A DNA stretch of 42,929 nt from Octopus bimaculoides (lineage: Eukaryota), in assembly GCF_001194135.2 (NCBI RefSeq), contig NC_068986.1, forward strand, positions 96,930,761 through 96,973,689, read 5' to 3'. The position numbers and the translations under genes are program-made. Positions 24,320 to 35,879 of the stretch are shown one piece after another (within the stretch, counting starts at the first letter, position 1; every line of letters starts with the position of its first letter). The notes under the pieces are model-generated. The model saw nothing but the letters and a program-made list of their open reading frames with translations. It searched no databases and was not told where the DNA came from.

Positions 24320-24970
24320 TACAAAATAAAACAAACTAACGCGACAAACGGTTACAAGAAAGAAAAGATAAAACAACAAACAAAAGATTTTAAAAGTACA
24401 AACTAATCTAAAAATGGCGCTACATATCTGAAAAAAAAANNNNNNNNNNNNNNNNNNNNNNNNNNNNNNNNNNNNNNNNNNNNNNNNNNNNNNNNNNNNN
24501 NNNNNNNNNNNNNNNNNNNNNNNNNNNNNNNNNNNNNNNNNNNNNNNNNNNNNNNNNNNNNNNNNNNNNNNNNNNNNNNNNNNNNNNNNNNNNNNNNNNN
24601 NNNNNNNNNNNNNNNNNNNNNNNNNNNNNNNNNNNNNNNNNNNNNNNNNNNNNNNNNNNNNNNNNNNNNNNNNNNNNNNNNNNNNNNNNNNNNNNNNNNN
24701 NNNNNNNNNNNNNNNNNNNNNNNNNNNNNNNNNNNNNNNNNNNNNNNNNNNNNNNNNNNNNNNNNNNNNNNNNNNNNNNNNNNNNNNNNNNNNNNNNNNN
24801 NNNNNNNNNNNNNNNNNNNNNNNNNNNNNNNNNNNNNNNNNNNNNNNNNNNNNNNNNNNNNNNNNNNNNNNNNNNNNNNNNNNNNNNNNNNNNNNNNNNN
24901 NNNNNNNNNNNNNNNNNNNNNNNNNNNNNNNNNNNNNNNNNNNATATATATATATATATATATACATATA

Positions 24971-25135
24971 TACGACGGGCTTCTTTCAGTTTCCGTCTAC
25001 CAAATCCACTCACAAGGCTTTGGTCGGCCCGAGGCTATAGTAGAAGACACTTGCACAAGGTGCCACGCAGTGGGACTGAACCCGGAACCATGTGGTTGGT
25101 AAGCAAGCTACTTACAACACAGCCACTCCTGCGCC
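24971..25135 (-). mobile_element. SINE family A, 5' half (3' half probably in the adjacent gap)
   Basis: High-identity reverse complement of 4590-4750. The head reads GGCGCAGGAGTGGCTGTGTTGTAAG on minus. Confidence 0.9.
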
Positions 25136-25550
25136 ATAAAAAAAAAGCCAGCTAAAAAAAATCAATATAAGAATGTTAAGACGGTAGGTTAAGATTTGAA
25201 ATAGGCTTGGCTGATATTTCTAGTAAGTCAAGTGATTAAATATTTCATCAACTTTGTATATTATTCTCATTATGTGTTTTAGAAATTACTAAATTTTTCT
25301 TTTTGAAATGTCTAGAGACCAAAATATATAATTAACCTTATTTTTACTGCCATCATAGCACTTCCGACAAGTTTCCCTTTACTTATTGGCCTTAATCTTT
25401 CCACAAGTGTTATATAGGTAATTCTTGCCACAACAAACGAGAAGATGGAAAAAATTATTTAGCAAGCTTTTGATACTAAAGTTTAAGTTTTAGTGTTAAT
25501 GTAGGCAAAACAACTGGTAAATTAGTTTTCACATATCATATATATATATA

Positions 25551-25693
25551 TTGCCCTTCATCCTTTCGGGGTCGATAAATTAAGTACCAGTTGCGAACTA
25601 ATGTGTTGCGAACTAATGTGTTGCGAACAGGGGTCGATTTAATCGCTGGCTCTCTCACCAAAAATTTCGGGCCTTGTGCCTAGAGTAGAAGAG
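25551..25693 (+). mobile_element. SINE family C, 3' part, with internal 15-bp tandem expansion
   Basis: Same body as 20854-20980. gttgcgaactaatgt occurs 2.6 times at 25590-25628. Confidence 0.8.
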
Positions 25694-26034
25694 ATATGTA
25701 TACACATACACATATACACACATATATGAATGCCTGTTCAACGTGCAACAATTGTAAATGAATATCACAAGTAAATGAATATCACAAGACTAGAGGAAAT
25801 ACGGCAACAAAACGGGCATTTGGCTATAGAAAATTTGACTAAACTAATTATATCTGACCGATGCAAGCAAGGAAAAATGGATGTTCAAACGATGATGATG
25901 ATAATGATGATGTTGATGATGATGATGATGTGAATAGTTGGGCAAATTAAAAAGTTAACTAGAAAGACATATCTTGTGCACATATGTTAGTATGAAAAAG
26001 TTAAATGAGCCCAAGTTTATTGGCTCATTAGGCA

Positions 26035-26235
26035 AGAGTCTATCTGAGTTTCTGAGGCGTTAAACAATTGTGGATACAAAATCCCCCTATTAGTCAACAG
26101 GATACCAGTCAGTCGGAAAGTTAACCTACAAATGCTGCTGGTACTTATTTTCAGTTTAGTGCGGTGGACCGACATGAAATGAAGTACCTTGCTTAAGGAT
26201 ACAACGTGCCGCCAGGTCAGAGAGTCGAACCTAAA
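26035..26235 (-). mobile_element. Degenerate SINE related to family D
   Basis: gaaatgaagtaccttgcttaaggatacaacgtg..gagtcgaacc resembles 35735-35790. Confidence 0.55.
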
Positions 26236-26250
26236 TTTTACAACACGTGA

Positions 26251-26734
26251 TAAATTCATTTGACTGATCAAACACCATTGAAACAAACGAATTGCGTGAA
26301 ATTATTTATAAATAGATATAAGAACGATATTATTTCTAAAAATTGGTGGCCGTGAGCGTAAAGCCTTTAGAGCTAAATTCGAGATCATGATATCAAATTA
26401 ACCAGCATGCCTCTTGCATTCTTGGCAGAGGTAAGGCGCTATTGTTGTTCACTAAAATTATTTCCTACCATGCCTATATTAATTTTGTGATTCTTCTGTG
26501 GCTTAGAAGTATTTTGACATTTATTTTTAGCGAAGCAGGTGCTTAAGTAGTACCCTAGTATATATAAATAAATTTATATATCTTATATATAATTTATTGA
26601 TTTACCTATACGGCTTTACTTTCGCGGCTACCAACGATATCATTTTTAGAAATAATAGCATTCTTATATTTATTTATAAATAATTTCACGCAATTCGTTT
26701 GTTTCAATGGTGTTCGACTATTCAAATGAATTTA
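26251..26734. mobile_element. Foldback/MITE with ~115-125 bp terminal inverted repeats
   Basis: 26251-26365 and 26612-26734 are reverse complements (about 90% over the outer ~93 bp). Both ends are TA. Confidence 0.8.
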
Positions 26735-26798
26735 CAGAAATGGTAGTAGGTGAACTCTAGTAGCTACCACTGATAGATTTGAATGAGGAGATTCAAGC

Positions 26799-26994
26799 GC
26801 CTTTGGCACTAAATTCGAAATCATGATATCAAATTAAGCAGCATTCCTCTTGCATTTTTGGCGGAGGTAAGACGCAATTCTTGTTCACTAAATTTTCTTT
26901 CCTACCATGCCTCTATTAATTTTGTGATTCTTCTGTGGTTTAGAAGTGTTTCGACTTCTATTTTTAGCAAAGCAGGTGCTTATGTAGTATCCTA

Positions 26995-27000
<6 letters not shown>
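26799..27000 (+). repeat. Second copy of the MITE interior (26363-26575) without TIRs
   Basis: Colinear direct repeat ctaaattcga.atcatgatatcaaatta..gcaggtgctta.gtagta.cctagtatat. Confidence 0.85.
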
Positions 27001-27035
<35 letters not shown>

Positions 27036-28729
27036 TATTTGTCTGCTTGTGGCACATAAATGTTTCTAATTAGCTTTTTTATAATCCCTATATTTCTTAT
27101 GTCAAGCGATGGTTGGGGGTCAAACACTATAAACGGTTTGCATCTCAGTGTGGTCGCAATAACTTGCTAAAAACTTTTTCTAATCTTACTGTTTGTTGTG
27201 GTAAGAATTAGCTATATAAGTTTTGAATTTCCATTTTGAGGAAGGATAAGGAAAGGGAAACTATCAGAAGTGTTATGAAGTGAAGGAAAAATCAAAGTAA
27301 GGTTAATTATATATTTTGGTCGCTAGACATTTCGAAAGAAAGGAATTCAGTAATTTGTGAGACTCATGACGAGAATAGTAAACTACTTGATGAAATGAGG
27401 AAGTCACTATGTAGTTGCTCGACCTACAAGAATTAACAGTCAAATCTCTTTCAAATCTCACCCTGCCGTCTTAACTCTTATATTGATTTCTGTCCAAATT
27501 AGATCGTGCTTTTTTTTTTATTACATTATATATTTTTTCCATTCGAAAAAGAAAGAAGATAATGCAACTTTTTCTAAATATGTAGCTGATTTGTAAACAT
27601 AGCATAGAATTCCATTATAGTAAATTGAATTGCTTTTACTTTTTACGAATTAGTAAGATAAATTTTGAGTCTCAGTGTTGTGCTAAGAATTAACCGGATA
27701 ACTCTGCAAAGATCAATACAACAGAATAACGACGGTTGGGTGGGATTTGAAAGAGGTTTTGTCTGTTAGTTCTAGAAGGTCAAGCGACTAAATAGAACAG
27801 CCCTCATTTTATCTTTATCAATGTAGTCTATTATTATATTTCTTTCTATCGTGATGTCCCGTGATGTCCACTACCTCATAATATTTCTATTAGTTTCCTT
27901 TTCTTAATTCATCCACAACACTTGGCATTCAAAACTGACGACAAAAAGCAATCACAGACTCACCCAACTTAATTCTTAATATGATTCTGAGATTCAAAAC
28001 TTCTATAGCTAATTCTCACCAGAAAAAAAAAAACTAAGATAAAAAAAATACTAAGGATATTGTTACTTCCACACAAAATCATCTAATTAGTTATTACAAC
28101 AATATTGGGATTAAAAAAAGAAAAACATAAAAAAACTCAACTAGCAATTATTATCGTCAGATTCAGATACAAAACGTATCTCAGATTTAACGCGTCTATA
28201 TTTAATCATTACCACAATAAATAATAAGATTAAAGAATTTATTGAACAAATTTTTTACTCTAGACTGAGATTAAAAAAGCATCTAGTTAATTATTATAAC
28301 AACATAAAAAATCAAAAACTTGTCCAACTAATTATTACTACAACAAACGGCAAGATAATAGAATTATCGAGCGTATCAGTTCCATTACACCGAGATCAAA
28401 AACGCTCGGATTAATTCGGTGATGTTATGGCAAAGCAGTGGGTGACAAGCAAGGTGTGATAACATCGAGGTGGGATGCAGAAGGTTTACAGATCAGTCCT
28501 TCTGCAGAATTTACAACATGCTTAGCATCACAAGGGTCAGTAGGAAGAAGGCTATCAGGTTGGCTGTGGGGGAAGCAAAGATTGCCTCAAGGTGGTGGTG
28601 GATCGGTTGGCATTATAGCAGTGATTGGGACTGTTTTAAATGAATTCTTGAGTATCTCTTTTGAATGTATCATTTTTAATATTTGCGTGTGTGTTATTCC
28701 AAGGTCGTGGTGGATATATCATTTGTTGT

Positions 28730-29600
28730 AAATATGTTCAAAAGAGGTCTGTATTTTGTGATAAGGAAAGACTCTTTACTAATTCGTTGGCTACAGGTTG
28801 TATCATCCTTGAATTGATAGAGGGGAAACATTTTTGAAGCTTGGATTTTTGTTATTTGTGCAGATGTCGATGTGCTGCCTGAATGTTATTTTTCTGTTTT
28901 TCGGAATTTTGATCTGGGATCTGTGCAGAGCCATTCTTTGACGTAGACTGTTTTTTGTTTGGCCTATGTATTGCTCTTGACACCCAGAACAAGTTAGTGC
29001 GTATATCAGGTTCTCCGAAGCACATGTGAAGCTGCTTCAAAGTGTGAAACGTTGTCCCTGTTTGAAGGAGAACTCTGATCCCTCAATTAAATTGACGCAT
29101 ATCCCACACTTGGGTTTTCTGCATTTTATTTTTACTGGCGGCTTCAGTGTTGTTGTTGAGCCTATTCGGGCTTGTGTTAGGAGACTTTTCATAGATTTGG
29201 GCTGTCTCTTGCTTTTTATGATGGTGTGTATTTTGAGGATTAAGTTCATTCTGTGGTCCTTTTTTTAGCAGGAGAATGTTTTGAAGGATGGTGTCGAAGG
29301 CTTCATTGTTAAGAGGGTTGTGTGTAGTGATGTATGGTAGGGCTTTTGGTTGTAAATCCTTCTTTAATTTGGGATGTCTGAGTTCGTGGATGCTGAGTTC
29401 TAGGGCATGTTGAAAGCATATGTCAATTACTGAAGGTGGATATTTTCTGGTGATGAGTGTATCCTTTAGTTCATGTAGTCGTGTGTCCCTGGTGCTTGCA
29501 TTAGAAACTATAGTACAGATCCTTTTTGCTAAGCTGAAAGGGATATTCATTCTGGTGTGTCTGGGGTGGCATGAGATGAACGGTAGATATGATAATGTTA
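28730..29600 (-). pseudogene. Penelope-like element: RT C-terminus, Cys/His linker and GIY-YIG endonuclease; 5'-truncated
   Basis: LSYLPFISCHPRHTRMNIPFSLAKRICTIVS..LHELKDTLITRKYP, a frameshift near 29265, then IIKSKRQPKSMKSLL..KCRKPKCGICVNL, stop at 29037-29039, then FTCASENLIYALTCSGCQEQYIGQTKNSLRQRMALHR..RISKESFLITKYRPLLN. Confidence 0.9.
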
Positions 29601-29613
29601 ACATATATATATA

Positions 29614-29823
29614 CTTTTCTACTCCAAGCACAAAGCTCGAAATTTTTGGGGAGGGGGCCAATCAATTAGATCGATTCAGTACGCAGCTGGTTAATTTATC
29701 GACCTCGAAAGGATGAAAGGCAAAGTCGACCTCAGCGGAATTTGAACTCAGAACGTAAAGACAGACGAAATACCGCTAGGTATTTCGTCCAGCGTGCTAA
29801 CATTTCTGCATGCTCGCTGCCTT
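29614..29823 (-). mobile_element. SINE family C, full length
   Basis: Reverse complement of head aaggcagcgagc..gcagaa..gttagcacgc.ggacgaaat..gagttcaaattccgc and of the body. Confidence 0.85.
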
Positions 29824-30398
29824 TTATTAAGAAAATATTATCTTGAAAAATTTCTGTGTTTGAAATAGTTTGCATCAATTTGTAACTGAATGAAAGATAG
29901 AGTAGGATTGTGTTATAGTTAAAAAAGGAGTGTTATTTTTGACAAATCAAAGTAACATTTCATTTAAATGATGTGACGATTAAAATTTAGTAAAAAAAAA
30001 ACAAAAACAAAACAAAACAAAACAAAACCACTTGTAAATCTAAACTTAGTTGTCATAAGGAAAATGTGTTGGAAATATTTTAAAGAAAAACATAAAGGCT
30101 AACTTCTTAAAAAAAGAGACAAATTTCAAGTTTGTGACAAGTGATTCTATATGTTTGTCTAGTTAAATAACAGTTAAAATACTTTATCACGTGAACGTTA
30201 TGTTAGCGTATTAAATTGGGATGGTTTATAAACACTTCAACATTTTATATTAAATGGAGATTAATAGTTTTAGAAGATTTATCAGAATTAATCATAGTGA
30301 ATTCCCCCGTGGATTTGAAGATTTCGATGACGCACTGTAGAATTGAACCCGCGACCTCATGGCTGATAAACCAAGTTTGCGTTCATAAATTTATCTTA

Positions 30399-30445
30399 TC
30401 TTATATATAATAAACGTGAAGTTGTGTGTCTGTGTGAAGCCTTTT
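30399..30445 (+). mobile_element. Helitron-like 5' terminus
   Basis: A|TCTTATATATAATAAACGTGAAGTTGTGTGTCTGTG. Confidence 0.5.
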
Positions 30446-30763
30446 TAAAAGTTTATAGAAATCCACATTTTCCACTTTCTCGTAAAAATTTTTTACATCA
30501 ATGGAATTTTCTCGATGTGAACTTTCCAGTGCAGTAATTAGATTTTTTAAATTCCGTTTACTTTGTGTGATTTAAGGGAGATTTGGCTGTTGTTTCTAGC
30601 AACTTTTATATTTCTTCCCTTCTACCTGGAACGGCGCTCTTATACACATATATCACGCGTTCGCTATTCCTTTTTCCCCCTCTTCCTCTCTCGCTCTCTC
30701 AAGTGCATACACGTGCAAGTACACACAATCATTCAATAAAATATAACTCATATTTGTCAATGT

Positions 30764-30990
30764 GGCATAACTACAGAGTTATACCCACCGACTTTGGAAG
30801 GTCAGAACTTTCAGAAAAATGAATATTTTTAAATGAAATTTTCTATGTAAATATTATTTATTATGTAGATTCCGAATATACAAAAATTTTTCGTGAAAGT
30901 GTTTTGGGAGGGGGACAATTTTTGAGAAGTGTTCCCCACTCGGTGAACACTTATATAGACGACTTGCTAATAACGATTCTGCCAGCTCAC

Positions 30991-31039
<49 letters not shown>

Positions 31040-31309
31040 TAACAAATATAGACAACTTGCTCCGAAACACCACCGAGTGGGGAACACTTCTCAAAAATAA
31101 CCTGCAGTTGTTTGCTTCAAAATTTCTACATGCTCGAAATGTACATACATCAAGGTATATTTGTAGAANNNNNNNNNNCACAGAAAATTTTTGTATATTC
31201 GGAATCTACATAATAAATAATATATGCATAGAAAATTTCATTAAAAATATTCATTTTTCTGAAAGTTATGACCTTCCAAAGTCGGGGGGTACAACTCTGT
31301 ATTTATGCC
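30764..31309. mobile_element. Foldback MITE with ~130-bp TIRs, GGC...GCC ends and 8-bp TSD
   Basis: 30764-30895 and 31179-31309 are near-perfect reverse complements. gtcaatgt flanks both sides (30756-30763 and 31310-31317). There is an inner 28-bp perfect IR (30918-30945 / 31071-31098) and a central (AAT)n. Confidence 0.9.
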
Positions 31310-31342
31310 GTCAATGTTTTGTAAATATACCACGATTTTCAC

Positions 31343-31566
31343 TAGGGTGTTAGGGTTGGGGTTTTAGGGTCAGGGTTACGGTTTTAGGGTTACGGTTAAG
31401 GTTAGGATTTAGGGTTACGGTTACGGTTAGGGTTAGGATTAGGGTTAATGTTACGATTTTAGGGTCAGGGTTAGAATTTTAGGGTTAGGGTTTAGGGTTC
31501 AGGGTTTAGGGTTAATGTTAGGGTTAGGGTTAGGATTAGGTCTTGGGTTTTAGGATTAGGGTTGGG
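31343..31566 (+). repeat. Degenerate interstitial telomere-like (TTAGGG)n array
   Basis: About 14 exact TTAGGG units mixed with TTACGG, TCAGGG, TTAGGA and TTAATG variants. Confidence 0.85.
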
Positions 31567-32149
31567 TAATCGTGCAGGTGTTAATCTGAAAAATTACAGA
31601 AATGTGAAAACTACCGACCCTGCCATCTATTATAACTTTTGTTGTTCTGTTTAATATATACATAGATTATGCCTCCAAAGAAGAGAGCTTGCTGGGGAAA
31701 GAAAGCAACCGGTTTAAAAAGACAGCATCAGACTGCAGCAATTCACCACATTCCAGAAGCTACTTTGAACATAATGCAAAATGGTGCATCAACATCTACT
31801 GCCCAATCTGATAGAATTCTGGCAGAACTGTTTAGCAATAGATCACCAGCAATTGCTTCATCAGAAACTGCCGTCCTAGCTCCTGCTAAAAGGGAATACC
31901 CTGCTATGTATAATCAGGGTAGCGCAAAAAGTTGTTTTGCACAAGCATTTCTTTAGTCAATTAAACGGATGAAATCTACGTCCGCTTAATAATGTTGTGC
32001 GAAACAGCCTTCAGGCTTCCCCTATTAATTTCATCGTCTTTTGAATTATCAACATATTTAGATCATAAAGGTTTTTTTCGTTGCAACGCTTTCTTTTTTA
32101 GTTGATTTGCACATAGCAAGACTTATCGTATATGGCGTAATAAGTCACA

Positions 32150-32177
32150 CCCGGACAACGTCGGGTTATACTGCTAG
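32150..32177 (+). mobile_element. Helitron-like 3' terminus
   Basis: Hairpin CCCG-G-AC-aac-GT-CGGG (32150-32165), an 8-nt spacer, then CTAG|T. Confidence 0.7.
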
Positions 32178-33085
32178 TATGAAACTAAACTCTCAGGTTG
32201 AGTAAAAAGTAAGCAACGTTTTGAACTATGAAGAATCTGTACCGGATTTTTGCGGAGTTTTGAATTTTCTGAAACACTTTTTTGCAATTGTCTGATAATT
32301 CAGACATAGACATGCCCAAATGCATCAATAAATTAACATGGATATTTTTCTCCGTTGTTAAGATCATCTGCACCATCGACCCCTCCCTCATTTATTCCGT
32401 CCCTCTATGTTTGGCCCCCTGTGGGCAATAAAGAAAACGTTGTTGAAATCAGCTGCAATGGAACTGTCAAAGCGCGATATTCAAAGCTGAAACTGCTTGC
32501 GATATCATCGAAACGTTTGGTGAGGAAATGACAAGTTAGTGGTCAGCTCGAAAATGGTTTAAAAGATTTCAGGGTATAGACCAAGAACGAGATGGCGGGG
32601 TAATATCCATAGTCTCAGGCGGTCACGCTTAGGTATCCAACTGGAAAGCATAATGATGGTTGCTTCCGATTAGACCCTATTTCTGCCATGACCTCCCTTG
32701 AATAGTGGGCTTATTTAAACGAATTAAACTGTTAGACTATTTAAAGCGAGACGTTGATTATAATTATTCTAATACTGCCTATTATTGTAGACCTATCACA
32801 TCATTGCAAAATAAGTTTCCTACTTCTTCATTCCGTTTTAAATGGTTACTAAGTTAGATCCCAAATATGGTCGTTATAGCGAAAATCGTTCACTCTACTC
32901 TAGGTTTATTGATTTTAATAATTTATCTTCCAGTAGTGCTTTGTATTATATTTTCTTGCTCTTCCGCTACTTTTAACATTTGACCTGTAGAAATGAGATG
33001 AAACCTGTTAGCTTGAAAAATTTGAACTCTGATGCTACTGTGTTAATACAGAAACAATGGGCCAGCACTACTATCGACATCTAAG

Positions 33086-33129
<44 letters not shown>

Positions 33130-33289
33130 TATATTATATATATGTACTCGCACACATACATATATAGACATGTACACATATATATATATATATACATATA
33201 TACACACATACACCCCACAACCCTACAGCCGCAATGTGCGCGTGCGTGCATACACACACGCACTCACACACACATGTTTGTGTATAGAT

Positions 33290-33448
33290 GAGCTGGTAGA
33301 ATCATTAGCAATCCGGACAATGTGCTTAACAGTAGTTTGTCTGTCGTAACGTTCTGAGTTCAAATTCCGAAGTCGACTTTGCATTTAATCCTTTTGGCTT
33401 GATAAAATAAGTACCAGTTGAGCATTGAGGGTCGATGAAGTCGACTTG
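33290..33448 (+). mobile_element. SINE family C
   Basis: gagctggtagaatc.ttagca..ccggacaa..tgctta..gttctgagttcaaattccg..gtcgactttgc..aaaataagtaccagttgagca. Confidence 0.8.
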
Positions 33449-33642
33449 AGTACTCCTGAGTATGAGTATAAAAAAATGAAAAACTGCATCCCTCCGCCAA
33501 GCCATGTCGAGCCAGTGTGGCAAAGTAGGCTAATGAAACCATCATAATATTAAGCTCAAATTCAGGCCTCCACATCAGACCGTGGTTGGTGGAGAGACCA
33601 TGCTGAGGCCGTCATCCTGCAGTGCATTAAAGATGAGCAATC

Positions 33643-33721
<79 letters not shown>

Positions 33722-33761
33722 TATGTATGTATGTATATATGTATGTATGCATGTATATATA

Positions 33762-34144
33762 TTTTATCTTTTATTCGTTTATTGTTTCAATCATTTGACT
33801 GAGGCCATGCTGGAACACCGCCTTTAGTCGAGCTAATCGACCCCAAGACTTATTATATGTAAGCCCAGTACTTACTCTATCGGACTCTTTTGCTGAACCG
33901 CTAGGTTACGGGGACGTAAACACACCAGTATCGGTTATCAAGCGATGTTGGGGGGATAAACACAGACACACGCACACACACACACACGCACACACAGACA
34001 CAGACACAGACACACACATTTATACACGATGAGCTTCTTTCAGTTTCCGGCTACCAAATCCACTCACAAAGCTTTGCCCGGCCCGAGGGCATTAGTAGAA
34101 GATACTTGTCCAAGGTGCCACGTAGTCGGACTAAACCCGGAACT
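33762..34144 (-). mobile_element. SINE family A, 5'-truncated, with internal (CA)n
   Basis: Tail, internal microsatellite and body are all present as reverse complements. Confidence 0.85.
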
Positions 34145-34176
34145 ATATGTATATCTTGCATTCTTTTATATTGCCC

Positions 34177-34220
<44 letters not shown>

Positions 34221-34581
34221 GCAATGTAAAAGAAAAATAAGCACCACAAGAAGAATAAGTTTTATGTATTGGCTTGGCGCTTAAGGAGAGAGAGTATCAT
34301 GACGTCTTGGATACTTGTTCTTCCTCAGAAGAAAATTACTTAGGAAAATTATAGTGAGAGGAAAAAAAAAACGGATGAAGGAGTGATGGGCTAGGTGCAA
34401 ATAGGGTCACACACAAACACACACACGAACGTACAATTTCGCTCAGTATAACGCTAGAGGATAAGGTGCTGCAAATCAAATCCAAAATCATGGGTTTGAT
34501 AAATAAGCTCTTAACTACAGAATAATGACTGCGCACACTTTGCAGCTGCTATTTTCCTATCGTAATATTATGAACAAAGAG

Positions 34582-34785
34582 AAGGCGGCGAGCTGGTACA
34601 CAGGACAAAATGCTTAGCGGTATTTCGTCCATCTTTCCGTTCTTAGTTAAAATGCCACCGAATTCGACTTTGCTTTTCGTTCTCTCGGGGTCGATAAAAT
34701 AAGTAGCAGTTGAGCACTAGGGTCGATGTAATCGACTTACCTATTCCCCGAAATTGCGGCCCTTGTGTCAAAATTTGAAAGCAAT
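34582..34785 (+). mobile_element. SINE family C
   Basis: aaggcggcgagctgg..ggacaaaatgcttagcggtatttcgtcc..ggggtcgataaaataagta.cagttgagcact. Confidence 0.85.
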
Positions 34786-34999
34786 AATACGAGCTAAGAG
34801 TAATACCAAATATGTTTCTAAGTTGGGCAGTATATTTAGAAATTGTTTTACCATATAGCTATTTAGCCGCATTTATATGGAAGCCAAATTGGAGGCGGGT
34901 GAAGTTCTATGTAGTTTCCACATCTATTAGAAATAGAAGTATTGTCTTAAATTCACAACGACGAAAGTAGTTCTAAGTATACAATCAGAATTTTCATCA

Positions 35000-35072
35000 A
35001 TACTACTACCACTACTATTATTACAGCTGCAGTAGTAGCTGCTGCTGTTGCTGCTGCTGCTACTACTGCTAT

Positions 35073-35126
<54 letters not shown>

Positions 35127-35165
35127 CACATCAACAACATTAAGAACAGCATCAACAATAGCAAC
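35000..35165. repeat. (TAC)n/(TGC)n/(CAA)n trinucleotide tract
   Basis: Direct reading. Confidence 0.9.
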
Positions 35166-35580
35166 GTTTATTACCTTCAATAAGTACTGTATCCATGTAT
35201 GATATAGTTATACTACTAAGTAGTTGATATTTAAAAACTTACAGAACACTTAACAGAAAGTTATATAACGCAGATCTCATGAGCTGATAACCATAAGGTA
35301 TCTGATGTGCTGTTTCACATTTTGTTGTTCAGAGGTAACGGAGTATCCGTGTTTTGAGAATATATATTTTCTCTATTTCACAAATATTACTTTTGAATTC
35401 TTTACGGTTTCTTTATTGTTTTCTGGAGTTATCTTCTCATAATCTTTTAGATGAAGTGGTTGGTGGGGTTAAGGGGCCTTATTACCATCTCAGGTGGAAT
35501 AGGATTGCCGTTTGAAGTGACATTGCTGCAGGGTTTAAAATTTTGATCGTCGACTCAGAGCCTCTTTCTTTCAAGAATTG

Positions 35581-35842
35581 AAAGGGGTCAAAAGTCCTTC
35601 CTGTGCTATAGGCTTATCAAGCTGATTTCCTGGATTCTGTGGCGTATATGTTCATACTCCCACCGTGGACGGGATGCTGACGATTCGTTGCAGAATTGCT
35701 CATTTTTGCTTGCTGAGTTGACTGGAGAAATGCGAAATGAAGTACTTTACTTACGAACACAACATGTCACTCAATTCAGGAATCAAAACCCCACTCTTAC
35801 GATCATGAGTGTAACACCCTAACCACTAAGGCACGCACCTCA
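35581..35842 (-). mobile_element. SINE family D with 15-bp target-site duplication
   Basis: ttctttcaagaattg flanks both sides (35566-35580 and 35843-35857). On minus there is a tRNA-like head tgaggtgcgtgccttagtggttagggtgttacactcatgatcgtaag. Confidence 0.85.
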
Positions 35843-35879
35843 TTCTTTCAAGAATTGGGGACTGGCTTTTGTTTGTGAC

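Noticed and set aside
27950-28350. A-rich region with loosely recurring catcta.tta.ttatta.aacaa motifs
   Set aside because: The period and identity are too low to define a repeat unit by eye.
29083-29661. 192-aa ORF as an intact gene
   Set aside because: Its start lies in a SINE and (TA)n, and its C-terminal part is out of frame after the lesion near 29265. It is part of the Penelope-like pseudogene.
31343-31566. True telomere or chromosome end
   Set aside because: The array is short, degenerate, internal and flanked by ordinary sequence on both sides.
32455-32525. ..gcttgcgatatcatcGAAACGTT with a partial upstream stem
   Set aside because: There is no recognisable CTGAnGA box and pairing is poor; too degenerate to call a hammerhead.
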